From the NCBI RefSeq assembly GCF_009931435.1, contig NZ_CP043414.1: a stretch of DNA of 64,000 bases; one strand, 5' to 3'. A program made the position numbers and the translations under genes. This document shows positions 11,445-22,840 of the stretch, piece after piece. Within the stretch, counting starts at the first letter, position 1. Each line of letters starts with the position of its first letter. The stretch comes from Escherichia coli (GTDB taxonomy: Bacteria > Pseudomonadota > Gammaproteobacteria > Enterobacterales > Enterobacteriaceae). The notes beneath the pieces are model-generated. The model did no database searches, had not been told where the DNA came from, and was given only the letters and a program-made list of their open reading frames with translations.

Positions 11445-11523
11445 GCCACTGCTTTTCTTTGATGTCCCCATTTTGTGGAGCCCATCAACCCCGCCATTTT
11501 GGTTCAAGGTTGGTGGGTTTTTT
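11445..11523 (+). ncRNA. rybB: RybB small RNA (sigma-E-dependent, Hfq-binding regulator of outer-membrane protein mRNAs)
   Basis: gccactgcttttctttgatgtccccattttgtggagcccatcaaccccgccattttggttcaaggttggtgggttttttgtt matches the RybB sequence I recall almost base for base, including the 5' GCCACUGCUUUUCUUU seed and a terminator hairpin plus U-run; lies in the ybjL-rcdA intergenic region. Confidence 0.8.
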
Positions 11524-11542
11524 GTTATCTAAAATTTATCTA

Positions 11543-12079
11543 CTACCCTGCAACCCTCTCAACCATCCTCAAAATCTCCTCGCGCGATAGCGGCTTACGG
11601 TCGGTGACAAAATGCAGCGTCATCCCCTCAATAAACGCATCAAGCGCGCGGGCGGTTCCGGGTTCAAACCATTGTTCGAGCGTTTGCTGACTGCGCTGCA
11701 TCCAGTTTTGCATTACCGTTTTTAATAGCGGTTTTCGGCTAGCCAGCGCGTAGAGCTGGTACATCAGCTCCATGTTATCCGGCGTTGCAACCTGTGAGCT
11801 GTAGATCATATCGGTGATAGCCTGGCATGCGCCCGGAGCATCACTAACATCGCTAAAAAATGCCTGATATTGCCGGGACATGATCTCAGTAAAACTGCTG
11901 AACGCCTCCAGCAACAACTCATCAATTCCTGAAAAATAGTAGGTCATCGACCCCAACGGTACCCCGGCAAGGGTAGCAATTTTGCGGTGCGTAACGGCAT
12001 GTATTCCGTAAAGTTTCACCGCCTCCAGCGTGGCCTGGATAATTTTTTCTCGCCGTTGCGGATCGTTAGCGCGACGCAT
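11543..12079 (-). CDS. rcdA: TetR-family transcriptional regulator RcdA (YbjK)
   Basis: Trimmed to [21 protein letters not shown] (178 aa); N-terminal TetR-type HTH. Confidence 0.85.
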
Positions 12080-12162
12080 GTCATTTCCTCTCTCTGCAAT
12101 TGTGTACAAATGTACACAACCTTGCTAATGTTGTCTTCCCTCTTCTTATTTTGACGTGATCT

Positions 12163-13371
12163 ATGACCGTAAATTCTTCACGTAATGCATTGAAACGCCG
12201 AACCTGGGCGCTGTTTATGTTCTTCTTTTTGCCGGGCCTGTTAATGGCGTCCTGGGCAACTCGTACACCTGCTATCCGCGATATTCTTTCTGTTTCGATC
12301 GCTGAAATGGGCGGAGTCCTCTTTGGTCTGTCGATCGGTTCAATGAGCGGTATTCTCTGCTCGGCGTGGTTAGTGAAACGCTTTGGGACGCGTAATGTCA
12401 TCCTGGTCACGATGTCCTGCGCATTGCTCGGGATGATGATATTAAGCCTGGCGCTCTGGCTGACATCGCCCGTGCTCTTTGCCGTTGGTCTCGGCGTCTT
12501 TGGGGCTAGTTTTGGTTCTGCAGAAGTGGCGATAAACGTTGAGGGTGCCGCCGTTGAGCGAGAAATGAATAAAACGGTTTTACCGATGATGCACGGTTTT
12601 TATAGCCTGGGCACGCTGGCAGGCGCTGGTGTCGGGATGGCACTGACGGCCTTTGGCGTTCCGGCAACGGTGCATATTTTATTGGCGGCGCTGGTAGGCA
12701 TCGCGCCTATTTATATCGCCATTCAGGCAATCCCTGACGGTACGGGCAAAAATGCTGCCGATGGCACCCAGCATGGTGAAAAAGGCGTACCTTTTTATCG
12801 GGATATCCAGTTGCTGCTGATTGGTGTTGTGGTACTGGCGATGGCCTTTGCCGAAGGTTCTGCCAACGACTGGTTACCCTTATTAATGGTTGACGGTCAC
12901 GGTTTTAGCCCTACTTCCGGCTCGCTGATTTATGCCGGTTTTACCCTGGGGATGACTGTTGGACGCTTTACCGGCGGTTGGTTCATCGACCGTTATAGTC
13001 GCGTTGCCGTGGTTCGGGCCAGTGCACTGATGGGAGCGTTGGGTATTGGGCTGATTATTTTTGTCGATAGCGCCTGGGTCGCTGGGGTGTCTGTTGTACT
13101 TTGGGGACTGGGTGCCTCGCTGGGCTTCCCGCTGACCATTTCTGCCGCCAGCGATACCGGACCCGATGCACCAACCCGCGTCAGCGTAGTGGCAACGACC
13201 GGTTATCTGGCTTTCCTCGTCGGGCCTCCGCTACTGGGCTATCTCGGCGAACATTATGGATTACGTAGTGCAATGTTGGTTGTACTGGCGCTGGTTATTC
13301 TTGCGGCTATTGTCGCGAAAGCCGTCGCCAAACCCGATACCCAAACGCAGACGGCGATGGAGAATAGTTGA
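12163..13371 (+). CDS. ybjJ: MFS transporter YbjJ
   Basis: 402-aa, about 12 hydrophobic segments. Confidence 0.85.
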   Translation: MTVNSSRNALKRRTWALFMFFFLPGLLMASWATRTPAIRDILSVSIAEMGGVLFGLSIGSMSGILCSAWLVKRFGTRNVILVTMSCALLGMMILSLALWLTSPVLFAVGLGVFGASFGSAEVAINVEGAAVEREMNKTVLPMMHGFYSLGTLAGAGVGMALTAFGVPATVHILLAALVGIAPIYIAIQAIPDGTGKNAADGTQHGEKGVPFYRDIQLLLIGVVVLAMAFAEGSANDWLPLLMVDGHGFSPTSGSLIYAGFTLGMTVGRFTGGWFIDRYSRVAVVRASALMGALGIGLIIFVDSAWVAGVSVVLWGLGASLGFPLTISAASDTGPDAPTRVSVVATTGYLAFLVGPPLLGYLGEHYGLRSAMLVVLALVILAAIVAKAVAKPDTQTQTAMENS

Positions 13372-14186
13372 TGAGCATTAAATTAATTGCGGTAGACATG
13401 GATGGTACTTTCTTAAGCGATCAAAAAACCTATAACCGTGAGCGGTTTATGGCTCAGTATCAGCAGATGAAAGCACAAGGCATTCGCTTTGTGGTCGCCA
13501 GCGGGAATCAATATTATCAGTTGATCTCTTTCTTCCCTGAAATTGCTAATGAAATTGCCTTTGTGGCAGAAAACGGCGGTTGGGTAGTGAGCGAAGGCAA
13601 AGATGTTTTTAATGGCGAGCTGTCGAAGGATGCGTTTGCTACTGTCGTGGAACATTTGCTGACGCGCCCGGAAGTGGAAATTATTGCCTGCGGAAAAAAT
13701 AGCGCCTATACCCTCAAAAAATATGACGATGCCATGAAAACGGTGGCGGAAATGTATTATCACCGTCTGGAATACGTCGATAACTTTGATAATTTAGAAG
13801 ATATCTTCTTTAAGTTTGGCCTGAATCTTTCCGATGAACTGATTCCACAAGTGCAAAAAGCATTACATGAGACCATCGGCGATATTATGGTGCCGGTCCA
13901 CACCGGCAACGGCAGCATCGATCTGATTATCCCCGGCGTACATAAAGCGAATGGCCTGCGCCAACTTCAGAAATTATGGGGAATAGACGACAGCGAAGTG
14001 GTGGTCTTCGGCGATGGTGGTAACGATATTGAGATGCTGCGTCAGGCAGGCTTTAGTTTTGCGATGGAAAATGCCGGCAGCGCGGTCGTCGCAGCGGCAA
14101 AATACCGGGCAGGCTCCAATAATCATGAAGGTGTACTGGATGTGATCGATAAAGTTCTTAAACACGAAGCGCCTTTTGATCAATAA
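13371..14186 (+). CDS. ybjI: HAD-family (Cof-type) phosphatase YbjI
   Basis: [15 protein letters not shown] (DxDGT HAD motif I); 271 aa; stop/start overlap with ybjJ (TGATG). Confidence 0.85.
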   Translation: MSIKLIAVDMDGTFLSDQKTYNRERFMAQYQQMKAQGIRFVVASGNQYYQLISFFPEIANEIAFVAENGGWVVSEGKDVFNGELSKDAFATVVEHLLTRPEVEIIACGKNSAYTLKKYDDAMKTVAEMYYHRLEYVDNFDNLEDIFFKFGLNLSDELIPQVQKALHETIGDIMVPVHTGNGSIDLIIPGVHKANGLRQLQKLWGIDDSEVVVFGDGGNDIEMLRQAGFSFAMENAGSAVVAAAKYRAGSNNHEGVLDVIDKVLKHEAPFDQ

Positions 14187-14271
14187 AAACGGTAGCACGC
14201 CCGGCAACACAAAGCCTGAATGCAGGCTGCATAATTCGCGGAAATTAACCCGCTGCATTATTTCAGGCGAA

Positions 14272-14556
14272 ATGATTATGAAAAATTGTCTACTGTTGGG
14301 CGCGCTTTTAATGGGCTTTACTGGTGTGGCGATGGCGCAAAGTGTCACCGTCGATGTGCCGAGTGGATACAAAGTGGTTGTGGTTCCTGATTCAGTCAGC
14401 GTTCCACAAGCAGTCAGCGTCGCGACTGTGCCGCAAACCGTCTATGTGGCTCCTGCGCCAGCTCCGGCTTACCGCCCGCATCCGTATGTTCGCCATCTTG
14501 CCAGCGTAGGTGAAGGGATGGTTATCGAACACCAGATTGATGACCATCACCATTAA
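14272..14556 (+). CDS. ybjH: Secreted small protein YbjH
   Basis: Trimmed to MIMKNCLLLGALLMGFTGVAMAQ (signal peptide), 94 aa, His-rich C-terminus. Confidence 0.75.
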   Translation: MIMKNCLLLGALLMGFTGVAMAQSVTVDVPSGYKVVVVPDSVSVPQAVSVATVPQTVYVAPAPAPAYRPHPYVRHLASVGEGMVIEHQIDDHHH

Positions 14557-14559
14557 TTT

Positions 14560-14597
14560 GAAAATGCCTGATTGCTTTGCGCAACCAGGCATTTTTT
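14560..14597. terminator. Hairpin plus T-run between convergent ybjH and mdfA
   Basis: aaatgcctg...caggcattttttt read from sequence. Confidence 0.55.
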
Positions 14598-15829
14598 TAC
14601 CCTTCGTGCGAATTACCCATCTGTTTATCTTTTAAAAAGATAACCATCAGCAGCAGCCACAAAATCCCGTTGGCAAGGTTGAAGAGATTAAACAGGCCGT
14701 TGCCCCCATTCAGCCAGGCATGTTTGCTGATTTCAATACCGACGGTAAAAATAAGCATTTGCAACATTCCCATCGCCGCAGAAACCGTACCTTTACTCAT
14801 ATCGCTGGCAAACAGGGTCAATCGCACCAATCCCGCATTCGCCAGGCCAATACCGAAAGCATAAATACTTAACCCGGCGGTCATCCACAAATACGCGTGC
14901 GATGAGATAACCGTTGCCGCAGCAGCGACCAACAGGCCAATCATAATCGGCCAGCCGCCCATAATAATCAATGAACGTACGGTGCGGCGCGAGGTCAGAC
15001 GCGCTAGCAGCAAGTTACCCGCAATTAATGCCCCGAAAATAGGCACTTGCAGCAAGCCATATTCATAGCTACTCAACTGCTCGCCGGTAATGATGATAAT
15101 CGGCGACTGGGCGATCCACGCCAGCAACGGCAGGCTAACGAATCCCAGCGCCAGTGCCCCTGCCACAAAGCGACCGTTCTTCAGCACCAGCTTATAGTCA
15201 CGACCGAGTTCTTTCAGCGACAGTTTCTCGCCTATACGCGTCGCGGTTTCAGGCATGGCTCGTTGCAGACCGAAAAAGGAGATCGCTGCCAATGCGGCAA
15301 ACAAAACAAACATCCCCTCCCAGGGCAGCACATGGATCCACGCCGCGCCCACCAGCGGACCAAGTAGCGGAGCAATCAGCGCCACGTTCGCCATCAGCGC
15401 GGTGATCTTGATACAAACCGCCTCTTCGAAGGACTCCTGAATTGCGGCGTAACCCACAGCGCCAATGAAACAGAGGCTTATGCCCTGCAAGAAGCGCAAC
15501 AGCGTGAATTGTTCAATGTTTTGCGCCAGTAATATCGCCAGACAAGTGATGATAAACCACACTACTCCCGCCAGCATCACCGGACGGCGACCAATACGAT
15601 CCGACAGTGGTCCCAGCAGCCACTGTAAAAACATCCCGCCCGCCAGATACGCGGTCATCGAAGTAGGAACCCAATCAATGCCCGCCTGATATTGTTCCAC
15701 CACGGCCAACATACCGGGTTGAATCATATCGTTGCCGATATAGGTTGAAAATTCGTAAAGCACCAGACAGAGAGGGAAAAGTAACGCCTGACGTCCAAGC
15801 CTGGCACCGGAAGCTAATCTATTTTGCAT
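14597..15829 (-). CDS. mdfA: Multidrug efflux MFS transporter MdfA (Cmr)
   Basis: Trimmed to [40 protein letters not shown] (410 aa). Confidence 0.9.
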   Translation of the reverse strand: MQNRLASGARLGRQALLFPLCLVLYEFSTYIGNDMIQPGMLAVVEQYQAGIDWVPTSMTAYLAGGMFLQWLLGPLSDRIGRRPVMLAGVVWFIITCLAILLAQNIEQFTLLRFLQGISLCFIGAVGYAAIQESFEEAVCIKITALMANVALIAPLLGPLVGAAWIHVLPWEGMFVLFAALAAISFFGLQRAMPETATRIGEKLSLKELGRDYKLVLKNGRFVAGALALGFVSLPLLAWIAQSPIIIITGEQLSSYEYGLLQVPIFGALIAGNLLLARLTSRRTVRSLIIMGGWPIMIGLLVAAAATVISSHAYLWMTAGLSIYAFGIGLANAGLVRLTLFASDMSKGTVSAAMGMLQMLIFTVGIEISKHAWLNGGNGLFNLFNLANGILWLLLMVIFLKDKQMGNSHEG

Positions 15830-16114
15830 GCAATTTCTTCGCCAATAATAATCGCGCAAAGTTTAATAAAAGCGCAGCTAACGAGAAAGCGAATTTTGTA
15901 GCTGAAACTTCGGTTAAGCACATTCTTACATTATTGCGAGTATAGCTACGCTTTCTTTAAGTTTTATTTAACCTATGCTCGTTACAATCAGCCACCGTAA
16001 ACAGGGCCGCTTGAGGGAAATAAGACGATGCCGCTTTACCCAGTTTAACCTGCACTTTATTCTCAACGACTTGCCTGTATTGGCTCCCTTTTAATCACTT
16101 TGCGTCGGGAAGTT

Positions 16115-16711
16115 ATGCTGGAAAATTTGAATCTCTCTCTATTCTCTCTTATTAACGCGACGCCAGACTCTGCGCCGTGGATGATCTCGTTGGCGATTTT
16201 TATTGCTAAAGATTTGATTACCGTGGTGCCGCTGCTGGCCGCAGTACTTTGGTTGTGGGGGCTTACAGCACAACGGCAACTGGTGATAAAAATCGCAATC
16301 GCGCTAGTCGTCAGCCTGTTAGTGTCCTGGACGATGGGGCATCTTTTCCCACACGACCGACCCTTTGTCGAGAATATCGGCTATAACTTCCTGCATCATG
16401 CGGCGGATGACTCATTCCCGAGCGATCACGGTACGGTGATTTTCACCTTTGCACTGGCATTTTTATGCTGGCATCGCCTGTGGTCCGGCTCACTTTTAAT
16501 GGTGCTGGCCGTCGTCATTGCCTGGTCGCGCGTTTATCTTGGCGTCCACTGGCCGCTGGATATGCTCGGTGGATTGCTGGCAGGTATGATTGGCTGCCTT
16601 AGCGCCCAGATTATCTGGCAAGCGATGGGGCATAAACTCTATCAACGTCTGCAATCGTGGTATCGTTTCTGTTTTGCATTACCGATCCGCAAAGGCTGGG
16701 TGCGTGACTGA
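16115..16711 (+). CDS. ybjG: Undecaprenyl-diphosphate phosphatase YbjG (PAP2 family)
   Basis: Trimmed to MLENLNLSLFSLINATPDSAPWM (198 aa); PAP2 motifs PSDHG and SRVYLGVHW. Confidence 0.85.
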   Translation: MLENLNLSLFSLINATPDSAPWMISLAIFIAKDLITVVPLLAAVLWLWGLTAQRQLVIKIAIALVVSLLVSWTMGHLFPHDRPFVENIGYNFLHHAADDSFPSDHGTVIFTFALAFLCWHRLWSGSLLMVLAVVIAWSRVYLGVHWPLDMLGGLLAGMIGCLSAQIIWQAMGHKLYQRLQSWYRFCFALPIRKGWVRD

Positions 16712-16768
16712 TCTCTGCTAAAAAGTGTAGTATTGAGCGGCTCGCTTCAATAACTATTCAGAGGGATT

Positions 16769-17527
16769 ATGGAAACACGTCGCGAAGAGCGTATCGGGCA
16801 GCTGCTGCAAGAATTAAAACGCAGCGATAAGTTACATCTTAAAGACGCCGCCGCCCTGCTTGGGGTTTCGGAGATGACGATTCGTCGCGATCTGAATAAC
16901 CACAGCGCCCCCGTCGTTTTGCTTGGCGGCTATATTGTTCTGGAACCGCGCAGCGCCAGCCATTATCTGTTAAGCGATCAAAAATCCCGTCTGGTAGAGG
17001 AAAAACGCCGGGCGGCAAAACTGGCTGCGACGCTGGTAGAACCCGATCAGACCCTCTTTTTTGACTGTGGCACCACCACACCGTGGATTATTGAAGCGAT
17101 TGATAATGAAATCCCTTTTACCGCCATTTGTTATTCGCTAAATACCTTTCTGGCACTGAAAGAGAAACCTCATTGCCGCGCGTTTCTTTGCGGTGGTGAA
17201 TTTCACGCCAGCAACGCCATTTTCAAACCCATCGATTTTCAGCAAACGCTGAATAATTTTTGCCCGGATATCGCTTTTTATTCCGCGGCGGGGGTGCATG
17301 TCAGTAAGGGCGCTACCTGTTTTAATCTTGAAGAGTTGCCGGTAAAACACTGGGCCATGTCGATGGCGCAAAAGCATGTGCTGGTTGTCGACCACAGTAA
17401 ATTTGGCAAGGTGCGTCCGGCGCGCATGGGTGACCTGAAACGCTTTGACATTGTGGTGAGCGATTGTTGCCCGGAAGATGAGTATGTGAAGTACGCGCAG
17501 ACGCAGCGTATTAAGTTGATGTATTAA
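16769..17527 (+). CDS. deoR: DeoR-family deoxyribose operon repressor
   Basis: 252-aa ORF with N-terminal HTH (LLGVSEMTIRRDL) and DeoR C-terminal domain. Confidence 0.9.
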   Translation: METRREERIGQLLQELKRSDKLHLKDAAALLGVSEMTIRRDLNNHSAPVVLLGGYIVLEPRSASHYLLSDQKSRLVEEKRRAAKLAATLVEPDQTLFFDCGTTTPWIIEAIDNEIPFTAICYSLNTFLALKEKPHCRAFLCGGEFHASNAIFKPIDFQQTLNNFCPDIAFYSAAGVHVSKGATCFNLEELPVKHWAMSMAQKHVLVVDHSKFGKVRPARMGDLKRFDIVVSDCCPEDEYVKYAQTQRIKLMY

Positions 17528-17534
17528 TGATGCA

Positions 17535-17570
17535 TAACCGGATGACGTTTCCACGCCATCCGGTTATCAC
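17535..17570. terminator. Hairpin between convergent deoR and dacC
   Basis: aaccggatg-acgtttccacgc-catccggtt, 9-bp stem. Confidence 0.5.
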
Positions 17571-17574
17571 AAAA

Positions 17575-18777
17575 TCAAGAGAACCAGCTGCCGAACCACT
17601 GATGGAATTTCATCATCACGAAATCCCACATCCGACCAAAGAATCCACCCTCTTCCACATTTTCCATCACGATCAGCGGGCGCTGTTCAATGGATTTACC
17701 GTTAAGCTGGAAATCAATGGTGCCGACAACCTGACCTTTTTTCAGCGGTGCGGTAAGCTGCGGTTCCGTTAACGTATAACTCGCTTTCAGGTTTTTCAGC
17801 TGCCCACGCGGTATGGTCACGGATCCCGCTTCGCCTGCCCCGAGATTCACTTCGCTCTTATCACCAAACCAGACGCGCTGAGTCACAAAGGTGGCATCAG
17901 GTTTAATTGGCGTCACGGTTTCAAAGAAGCGGAAACCCCAGGTCAATAATTTCTCAGACTCATTAAAACGGATACGGTCAGTTTTCGCCCCCAGCACTAC
18001 GGAGATTAAACGCATATCGCCCTGGGTAGCCGAAGCAACCAGATTATATCCCGCGCCTGCCGTGGTTCCTGTCTTCATGCCATCAACATTCAGATTGCTG
18101 CTCCATAGCAGACGGTTACGGTTAGGCTGACGAATTTTGTTGAAGGTGAACTCTTTCTCTTTATGAATGGCGTACTCTTCTGGCACATCGTGAATCAGTG
18201 CTTTACCCAGCAATGCCATATCGCGCGCGGTACTGAACTGCCCCGGCGCATCCAGACCGTGCACCGTCTGGAAGGTCGTGTTGGTCAGCCCCAGTTTTTT
18301 GGCATAACCATTCATCAAACCAATAAATGACTCCTGGCTCCCGGCAACGTAATCAGCCAGCGCAATACAGGCGTCATTACCGGACTGGATAATCACGCCT
18401 TTGTTCAAGTCTGCCACCGAAACCTGATCGCCTGGTTTGAGGAACATTACCGACGAACCACGCAGTGCCGGGTTTCCCGTCGCCCAGGCATCTTTACCGA
18501 CCGTCACCATATCGGTGAGTTTAATCTTATCGGCCTTAAGCGCCTGCCCAACCACATAGCTGGTCATGATTTTAGTCAGGCTCGCGGGGTCCAGTTTCTC
18601 ATCCGCATTGCCTTCTGCCAGCACTTTACCGCTGGCGTAATCCATTAAAATCCATGCACGCGCATCCACGCTCGGCGCTTCAACGGTTTGTTCCGCCGCG
18701 AATGCCGTTGGGGCAAAAAGGAATAAAAATGCAGAACCCGCTGCAAGACCACGAAGGAGAGAGGAGTATTGCGTCAT
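17575..18777 (-). CDS. dacC: D-alanyl-D-alanine carboxypeptidase DacC (PBP6)
   Basis: Trimmed to [27 protein letters not shown] (400 aa); SxxK (SLTK), SGN and KTG motifs. Confidence 0.9.
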   Translation of the reverse strand: MTQYSSLLRGLAAGSAFLFLFAPTAFAAEQTVEAPSVDARAWILMDYASGKVLAEGNADEKLDPASLTKIMTSYVVGQALKADKIKLTDMVTVGKDAWATGNPALRGSSVMFLKPGDQVSVADLNKGVIIQSGNDACIALADYVAGSQESFIGLMNGYAKKLGLTNTTFQTVHGLDAPGQFSTARDMALLGKALIHDVPEEYAIHKEKEFTFNKIRQPNRNRLLWSSNLNVDGMKTGTTAGAGYNLVASATQGDMRLISVVLGAKTDRIRFNESEKLLTWGFRFFETVTPIKPDATFVTQRVWFGDKSEVNLGAGEAGSVTIPRGQLKNLKASYTLTEPQLTAPLKKGQVVGTIDFQLNGKSIEQRPLIVMENVEEGGFFGRMWDFVMMKFHQWFGSWFS

Positions 18778-19023
18778 AAATGCCACCCGAGTATCCATTC
18801 AAAAAAAATACGTTATATCGCCGTATGATAAGTTCGGTGATTAATAACGCACACACAAACTTAAAGAAACCGTAAGTTGGTAAAGTTTTTAAAGTTTATG
18901 CAATATCCTGCCGCTTCGCTGCTTCTGCCGTCATTTTTTTGCCAGCTGTTGCTTAAAAGTTAACTTTACTTCACCATCAAAGTCCTGTTCAGCCTGTGGC
19001 TGCCTGTCGGAAAAGGAGTAAGT

Positions 19024-19650
19024 ATGATTACGCTGTGGGGTCGGAATAATTCAACCAACGTAAAAAAAGTATTGCTGACGCTCGAAGAACTGGAACTACC
19101 TTATGAGCAAATTCTCGCGGGCCGTGAGTTTGGGGTAAACCACGATGCTGATTTTCTGGCGATGAACCCTAACGGGCTGGTGCCGTTATTGCGTGACGAC
19201 GAAAGTGATCTCATTCTTTGGGAATCAAACGCCATTGTCCGCTATCTGGCGGCACAGTATGGGCAAAACCGCCTGTGGATCGACTCACCGGCACGCCGTG
19301 CAGAAGCGGAAAAATGGATGGACTGGGCAAACCAGACGCTCAGTAATGCCCATCGCGGGATCCTGATGGGATTAGTCAGAACACCACCGGAAGAGCGCGA
19401 TCAGGCCGCCATTGATGCCAGTTGCAAAGAGTGCGACGCCCTGTTTGCCCTGCTCGATGCGGAACTGGCAAAAGTAAAATGGTTCTCTGGCGACGAGTTT
19501 GGTGTGGGCGATATCGCTATCGCTCCGTTCATCTACAATTTATTTAACGTTGGCCTGACCTGGACACCGCGTCCAAATCTGCAACGCTGGTATCAGCAAC
19601 TCACTGAACGCCCCGCAGTGCGCAAAGTGGTGATGATCCCCGTTAGCTAA
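19024..19650 (+). CDS. gstB: Glutathione S-transferase GstB (YliJ)
   Basis: 208-aa ORF, GST N- and C-terminal domain pattern. Confidence 0.85.
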   Translation: MITLWGRNNSTNVKKVLLTLEELELPYEQILAGREFGVNHDADFLAMNPNGLVPLLRDDESDLILWESNAIVRYLAAQYGQNRLWIDSPARRAEAEKWMDWANQTLSNAHRGILMGLVRTPPEERDQAAIDASCKECDALFALLDAELAKVKWFSGDEFGVGDIAIAPFIYNLFNVGLTWTPRPNLQRWYQQLTERPAVRKVVMIPVS

Positions 19651-20762
19651 TTGCGTGGGCTAACTTTAAGTAATTCCCCACTGGACTCGTCGGTGAGAAC
19701 GTATAAATAACCGTCGGGTCCAGTGCGAACATCACGAATTCGCTGCCCTCTGTCCGTTAAAATACGGCCATCTTCTGTCACTTTGTCGCCGTTGACGCTC
19801 ATCACAATGACATCTTTATCTTTCAGCGCGCCAATAAATAATTTTTGCTGCCACTGGGGGAATTTATCGCTGTTATAGAAGGCCATGCCGCTCACGGCGG
19901 GCGAATCTTTCCAGTAAAAAATAGGTTGCTCGGTCCCGGCGACGATCTCCCCTTTCGCTTCCGGTATTTTAAAGCCTGAATAATTGATTCCCCAGGTTGC
20001 CAGCGGCCAGCCGTAGTTTTTGCCTTTTTGCGGGATATTAATTTCATCACCACCGCGTGGGCCATGTTCATTCAGCCACAGTGCATTACTCCACGGATTC
20101 ATCGCCATTCCTTGCGGGTTACGAATACCATAAGACCAGATCTCGGCGCGTGCATCGGATCTCCTGGCAAAAGGATTATCATCCGGGATCTCGCCCTGGT
20201 CAGTAAGACGCACCAGTTTGCCCTGTAATTTATCCAGATCCTGCGCCGTCGGGCGCTGATTGTTTTCGCCCAGAGCAATAAAAAGATAACCTTTACCGTC
20301 GAATACCAGCCGCCCGCCAAAATGGTTGCCGGTAGACAGTTTTGGCATCTGGCGAAAGACGGTGCGGAAGTCGGTCACTTTTGAGAGATCATCACTTAAG
20401 CGGCCATAACCCACAGCAGTTCCGGCTTTGCCATCATCGCCAACTTCGGAATAACTTAACCAGATGCGGCGCGACTGGGCAAAATCAGGCGCTAAAGCCA
20501 CGTCCAGCAGACCGCCCTGCCCGTGCGCCCAAACTTCCGGCACTCCGGAAAGCGGCGCAGATAATCCTTTTCCTGCTTGCCAGTGACGCAACTCGCCGCC
20601 GCGCAGAGTGATTAACATACCGTGATTATCGGGTAAAAAGGCCAGCGCCCAGGGGTGATCGAGTTTGTCTTGCAGTACTTCGACATTTACCGTTGCAGGA
20701 GCTGCCCAGAGAGCAGAAGAAAGACAGATAAGGGGCACAAGGAAAAAGGATTGTCTCTGCAT
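19647..20762 (-). CDS. yliI: Soluble aldose sugar dehydrogenase YliI (PQQ-dependent, beta-propeller)
   Basis: 371-aa ORF with signal peptide [23 protein letters not shown]. Confidence 0.85.
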   Translation of the reverse strand: MQRQSFFLVPLICLSSALWAAPATVNVEVLQDKLDHPWALAFLPDNHGMLITLRGGELRHWQAGKGLSAPLSGVPEVWAHGQGGLLDVALAPDFAQSRRIWLSYSEVGDDGKAGTAVGYGRLSDDLSKVTDFRTVFRQMPKLSTGNHFGGRLVFDGKGYLFIALGENNQRPTAQDLDKLQGKLVRLTDQGEIPDDNPFARRSDARAEIWSYGIRNPQGMAMNPWSNALWLNEHGPRGGDEINIPQKGKNYGWPLATWGINYSGFKIPEAKGEIVAGTEQPIFYWKDSPAVSGMAFYNSDKFPQWQQKLFIGALKDKDVIVMSVNGDKVTEDGRILTDRGQRIRDVRTGPDGYLYVLTDESSGELLKVSPRN

Positions 20763-20839
20763 AACGCCTCCAGATTGACTCTGGCTTAAAGCGTAGTCAG
20801 TGGAGGAGATAACAAATTCATTTTTACAAAAACTTAAAC

Positions 20840-20870
20840 ATGAAGGGGGAGACGCTTTCTCCCCCTTAGT
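20840..20870 (-). terminator. Strong hairpin just downstream of bssR stop
   Basis: gaagggggagacgctttctccccctt, 10-bp G/C stem. Confidence 0.5.
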
Positions 20871-20872
20871 TT

Positions 20873-21256
20873 TCAGGCCTTCTCAAGCATGGCGTGCTTC
20901 TGCAGGCTCTGGATACTCAGCGTTAAGCTCATCAGACAATTTTCAAGCTTATCGGCGTTGACGGTAATAACAGTCGGGCAATCATGGTGCCCACTCATCA
21001 AACATACTGCGGCTGTCGCTAATGCTTCTTCAGCATGATGAAGAGCACTCCACTCTTCCTGATCCAGATGAAGATTCAACCGCAGCGATTTATCGTGCAG
21101 TTCGCGATTCAGTTTAAAAAAGTTATCTCGTAGATGATTGCTTTCGCTGACGGACATGTATCCTTTTGCCTTCCTCAGTTGCACGTATGCAGCGAGGTCA
21201 ACGCGTGCGTCGATCAACCGGTTCAGCAGATCGATTCGCTGTCTGTCAACGAACAT
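20873..21256 (-). CDS. bssR: Biofilm regulator BssR (YliH)
   Basis: Trimmed to MFVDRQRIDLLNRLIDARVDLAAYV (127 aa). Confidence 0.8.
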   Translation of the reverse strand: MFVDRQRIDLLNRLIDARVDLAAYVQLRKAKGYMSVSESNHLRDNFFKLNRELHDKSLRLNLHLDQEEWSALHHAEEALATAAVCLMSGHHDCPTVITVNADKLENCLMSLTLSIQSLQKHAMLEKA

Positions 21257-21468
21257 ACTTCGATCCTCCTCTTTCCAGCCTTGTTGCAATTAAATAGTAT
21301 GGCTATTTATTGAGCAAAATGCTGTCCAGGATCAATTCTTCACGCCGAATTAACAAAATTTACATTTCCTTCGCCTCCGCCAGCGAATGAGATTGCGATA
21401 CAAATTTTATCCAGAACTCTGTAGAATCCCTGCCCTGACCTTTCCTGTAACTGAATATTTTTTAAGCT

Positions 21469-22794
21469 ATGAGCAAAGTAACTCCCCAGCCGAAAATCGG
21501 CTTTGTTTCCCTTGGCTGTCCGAAAAACCTTGTCGATTCAGAGCGAATTCTCACCGAACTACGCACCGAAGGTTATGACGTGGTACCGAGCTATGACGAT
21601 GCGGACATGGTGATCGTCAATACCTGCGGCTTTATTGACAGCGCGGTACAAGAATCACTGGAAGCCATTGGCGAAGCGTTGAATGAAAACGGCAAGGTAA
21701 TTGTGACCGGTTGTCTGGGGGCGAAAGAAGATCAGATCCGCGAAGTCCACCCGAAAGTGCTGGAAATCACCGGGCCTCATAGCTATGAGCAGGTTCTTGA
21801 GCACGTTCATCACTACGTACCAAAACCGAAACACAACCCATTCCTGAGCCTGGTGCCAGAACAAGGTGTGAAACTGACGCCGCGTCATTATGCCTATCTG
21901 AAAATTTCTGAAGGCTGTAACCACCGCTGCACCTTCTGCATTATTCCGTCTATGCGCGGCGATCTGGTGAGCCGTCCGATTGGCGAAGTGTTAAGTGAAG
22001 CGAAACGTCTGGTTGATGCGGGCGTTAAAGAGATTCTGGTGATCTCGCAGGATACATCCGCCTATGGCGTCGATGTTAAACATCGTACTGGCTTCCACAA
22101 CGGCGAGCCGGTAAAAACCAGCATGGTCAGCCTGTGTGAACAGTTATCGAAACTGGGGATCTGGACACGTCTGCACTACGTTTACCCTTATCCACACGTG
22201 GACGACGTCATCCCACTGATGGCGGAAGGCAAAATCCTGCCGTATCTGGATATCCCGTTGCAACACGCCAGCCCGCGCATTCTCAAACTGATGAAGCGTC
22301 CGGGTTCTGTAGATCGCCAACTGGCGCGCATCAAACAGTGGCGCGAAATCTGCCCGGAACTGACCCTGCGCTCAACCTTTATTGTCGGCTTCCCTGGCGA
22401 GACGGAAGAAGATTTCCAGATGCTACTCGATTTCCTGAAAGAAGCACGTCTGGATCGCGTTGGCTGCTTTAAATACAGCCCGGTTGAAGGCGCAGATGCC
22501 AATGCCCTGCCTGACCAGGTTCCGGAAGAAGTGAAAGAAGAACGCTGGAACCGTTTCATGCAGCTACAGCAGCAGATTTCCGCCGAGCGCCTGCAAGAGA
22601 AAGTGGGCCGTGAAATTCTGGTGATTATCGACGAAGTGGACGAAGAAGGTGCGATTGGCCGCAGCATGGCAGATGCACCAGAAATCGACGGCGCGGTTTA
22701 TCTCAATGGTGAAACTAACGTTAAGCCGGGTGATATCCTGCGAGTGAAAGTCGAGCACGCCGATGAGTACGATTTGTGGGGTAGCCGGGTTTAA
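21469..22794 (+). CDS. rimO: Ribosomal protein S12 methylthiotransferase RimO (radical SAM, MiaB-like)
   Basis: 441-aa; radical-SAM CxxxCxxC (CNHRCTFC) and N-terminal Cys triad. Confidence 0.9.
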
Positions 22795-22799
22795 TTAAT

Positions 22800-22835
22800 T
22801 CAGGCAGGGCAACATCATTTGCCCTGCCTGCTAAT
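22800..22835. terminator. Hairpin between convergent rimO and dgcI
   Basis: caggcagggcaa-catcat-ttgccctgcctg, 12-bp stem. Confidence 0.6.
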
Positions 22836-22840
22836 AATGA

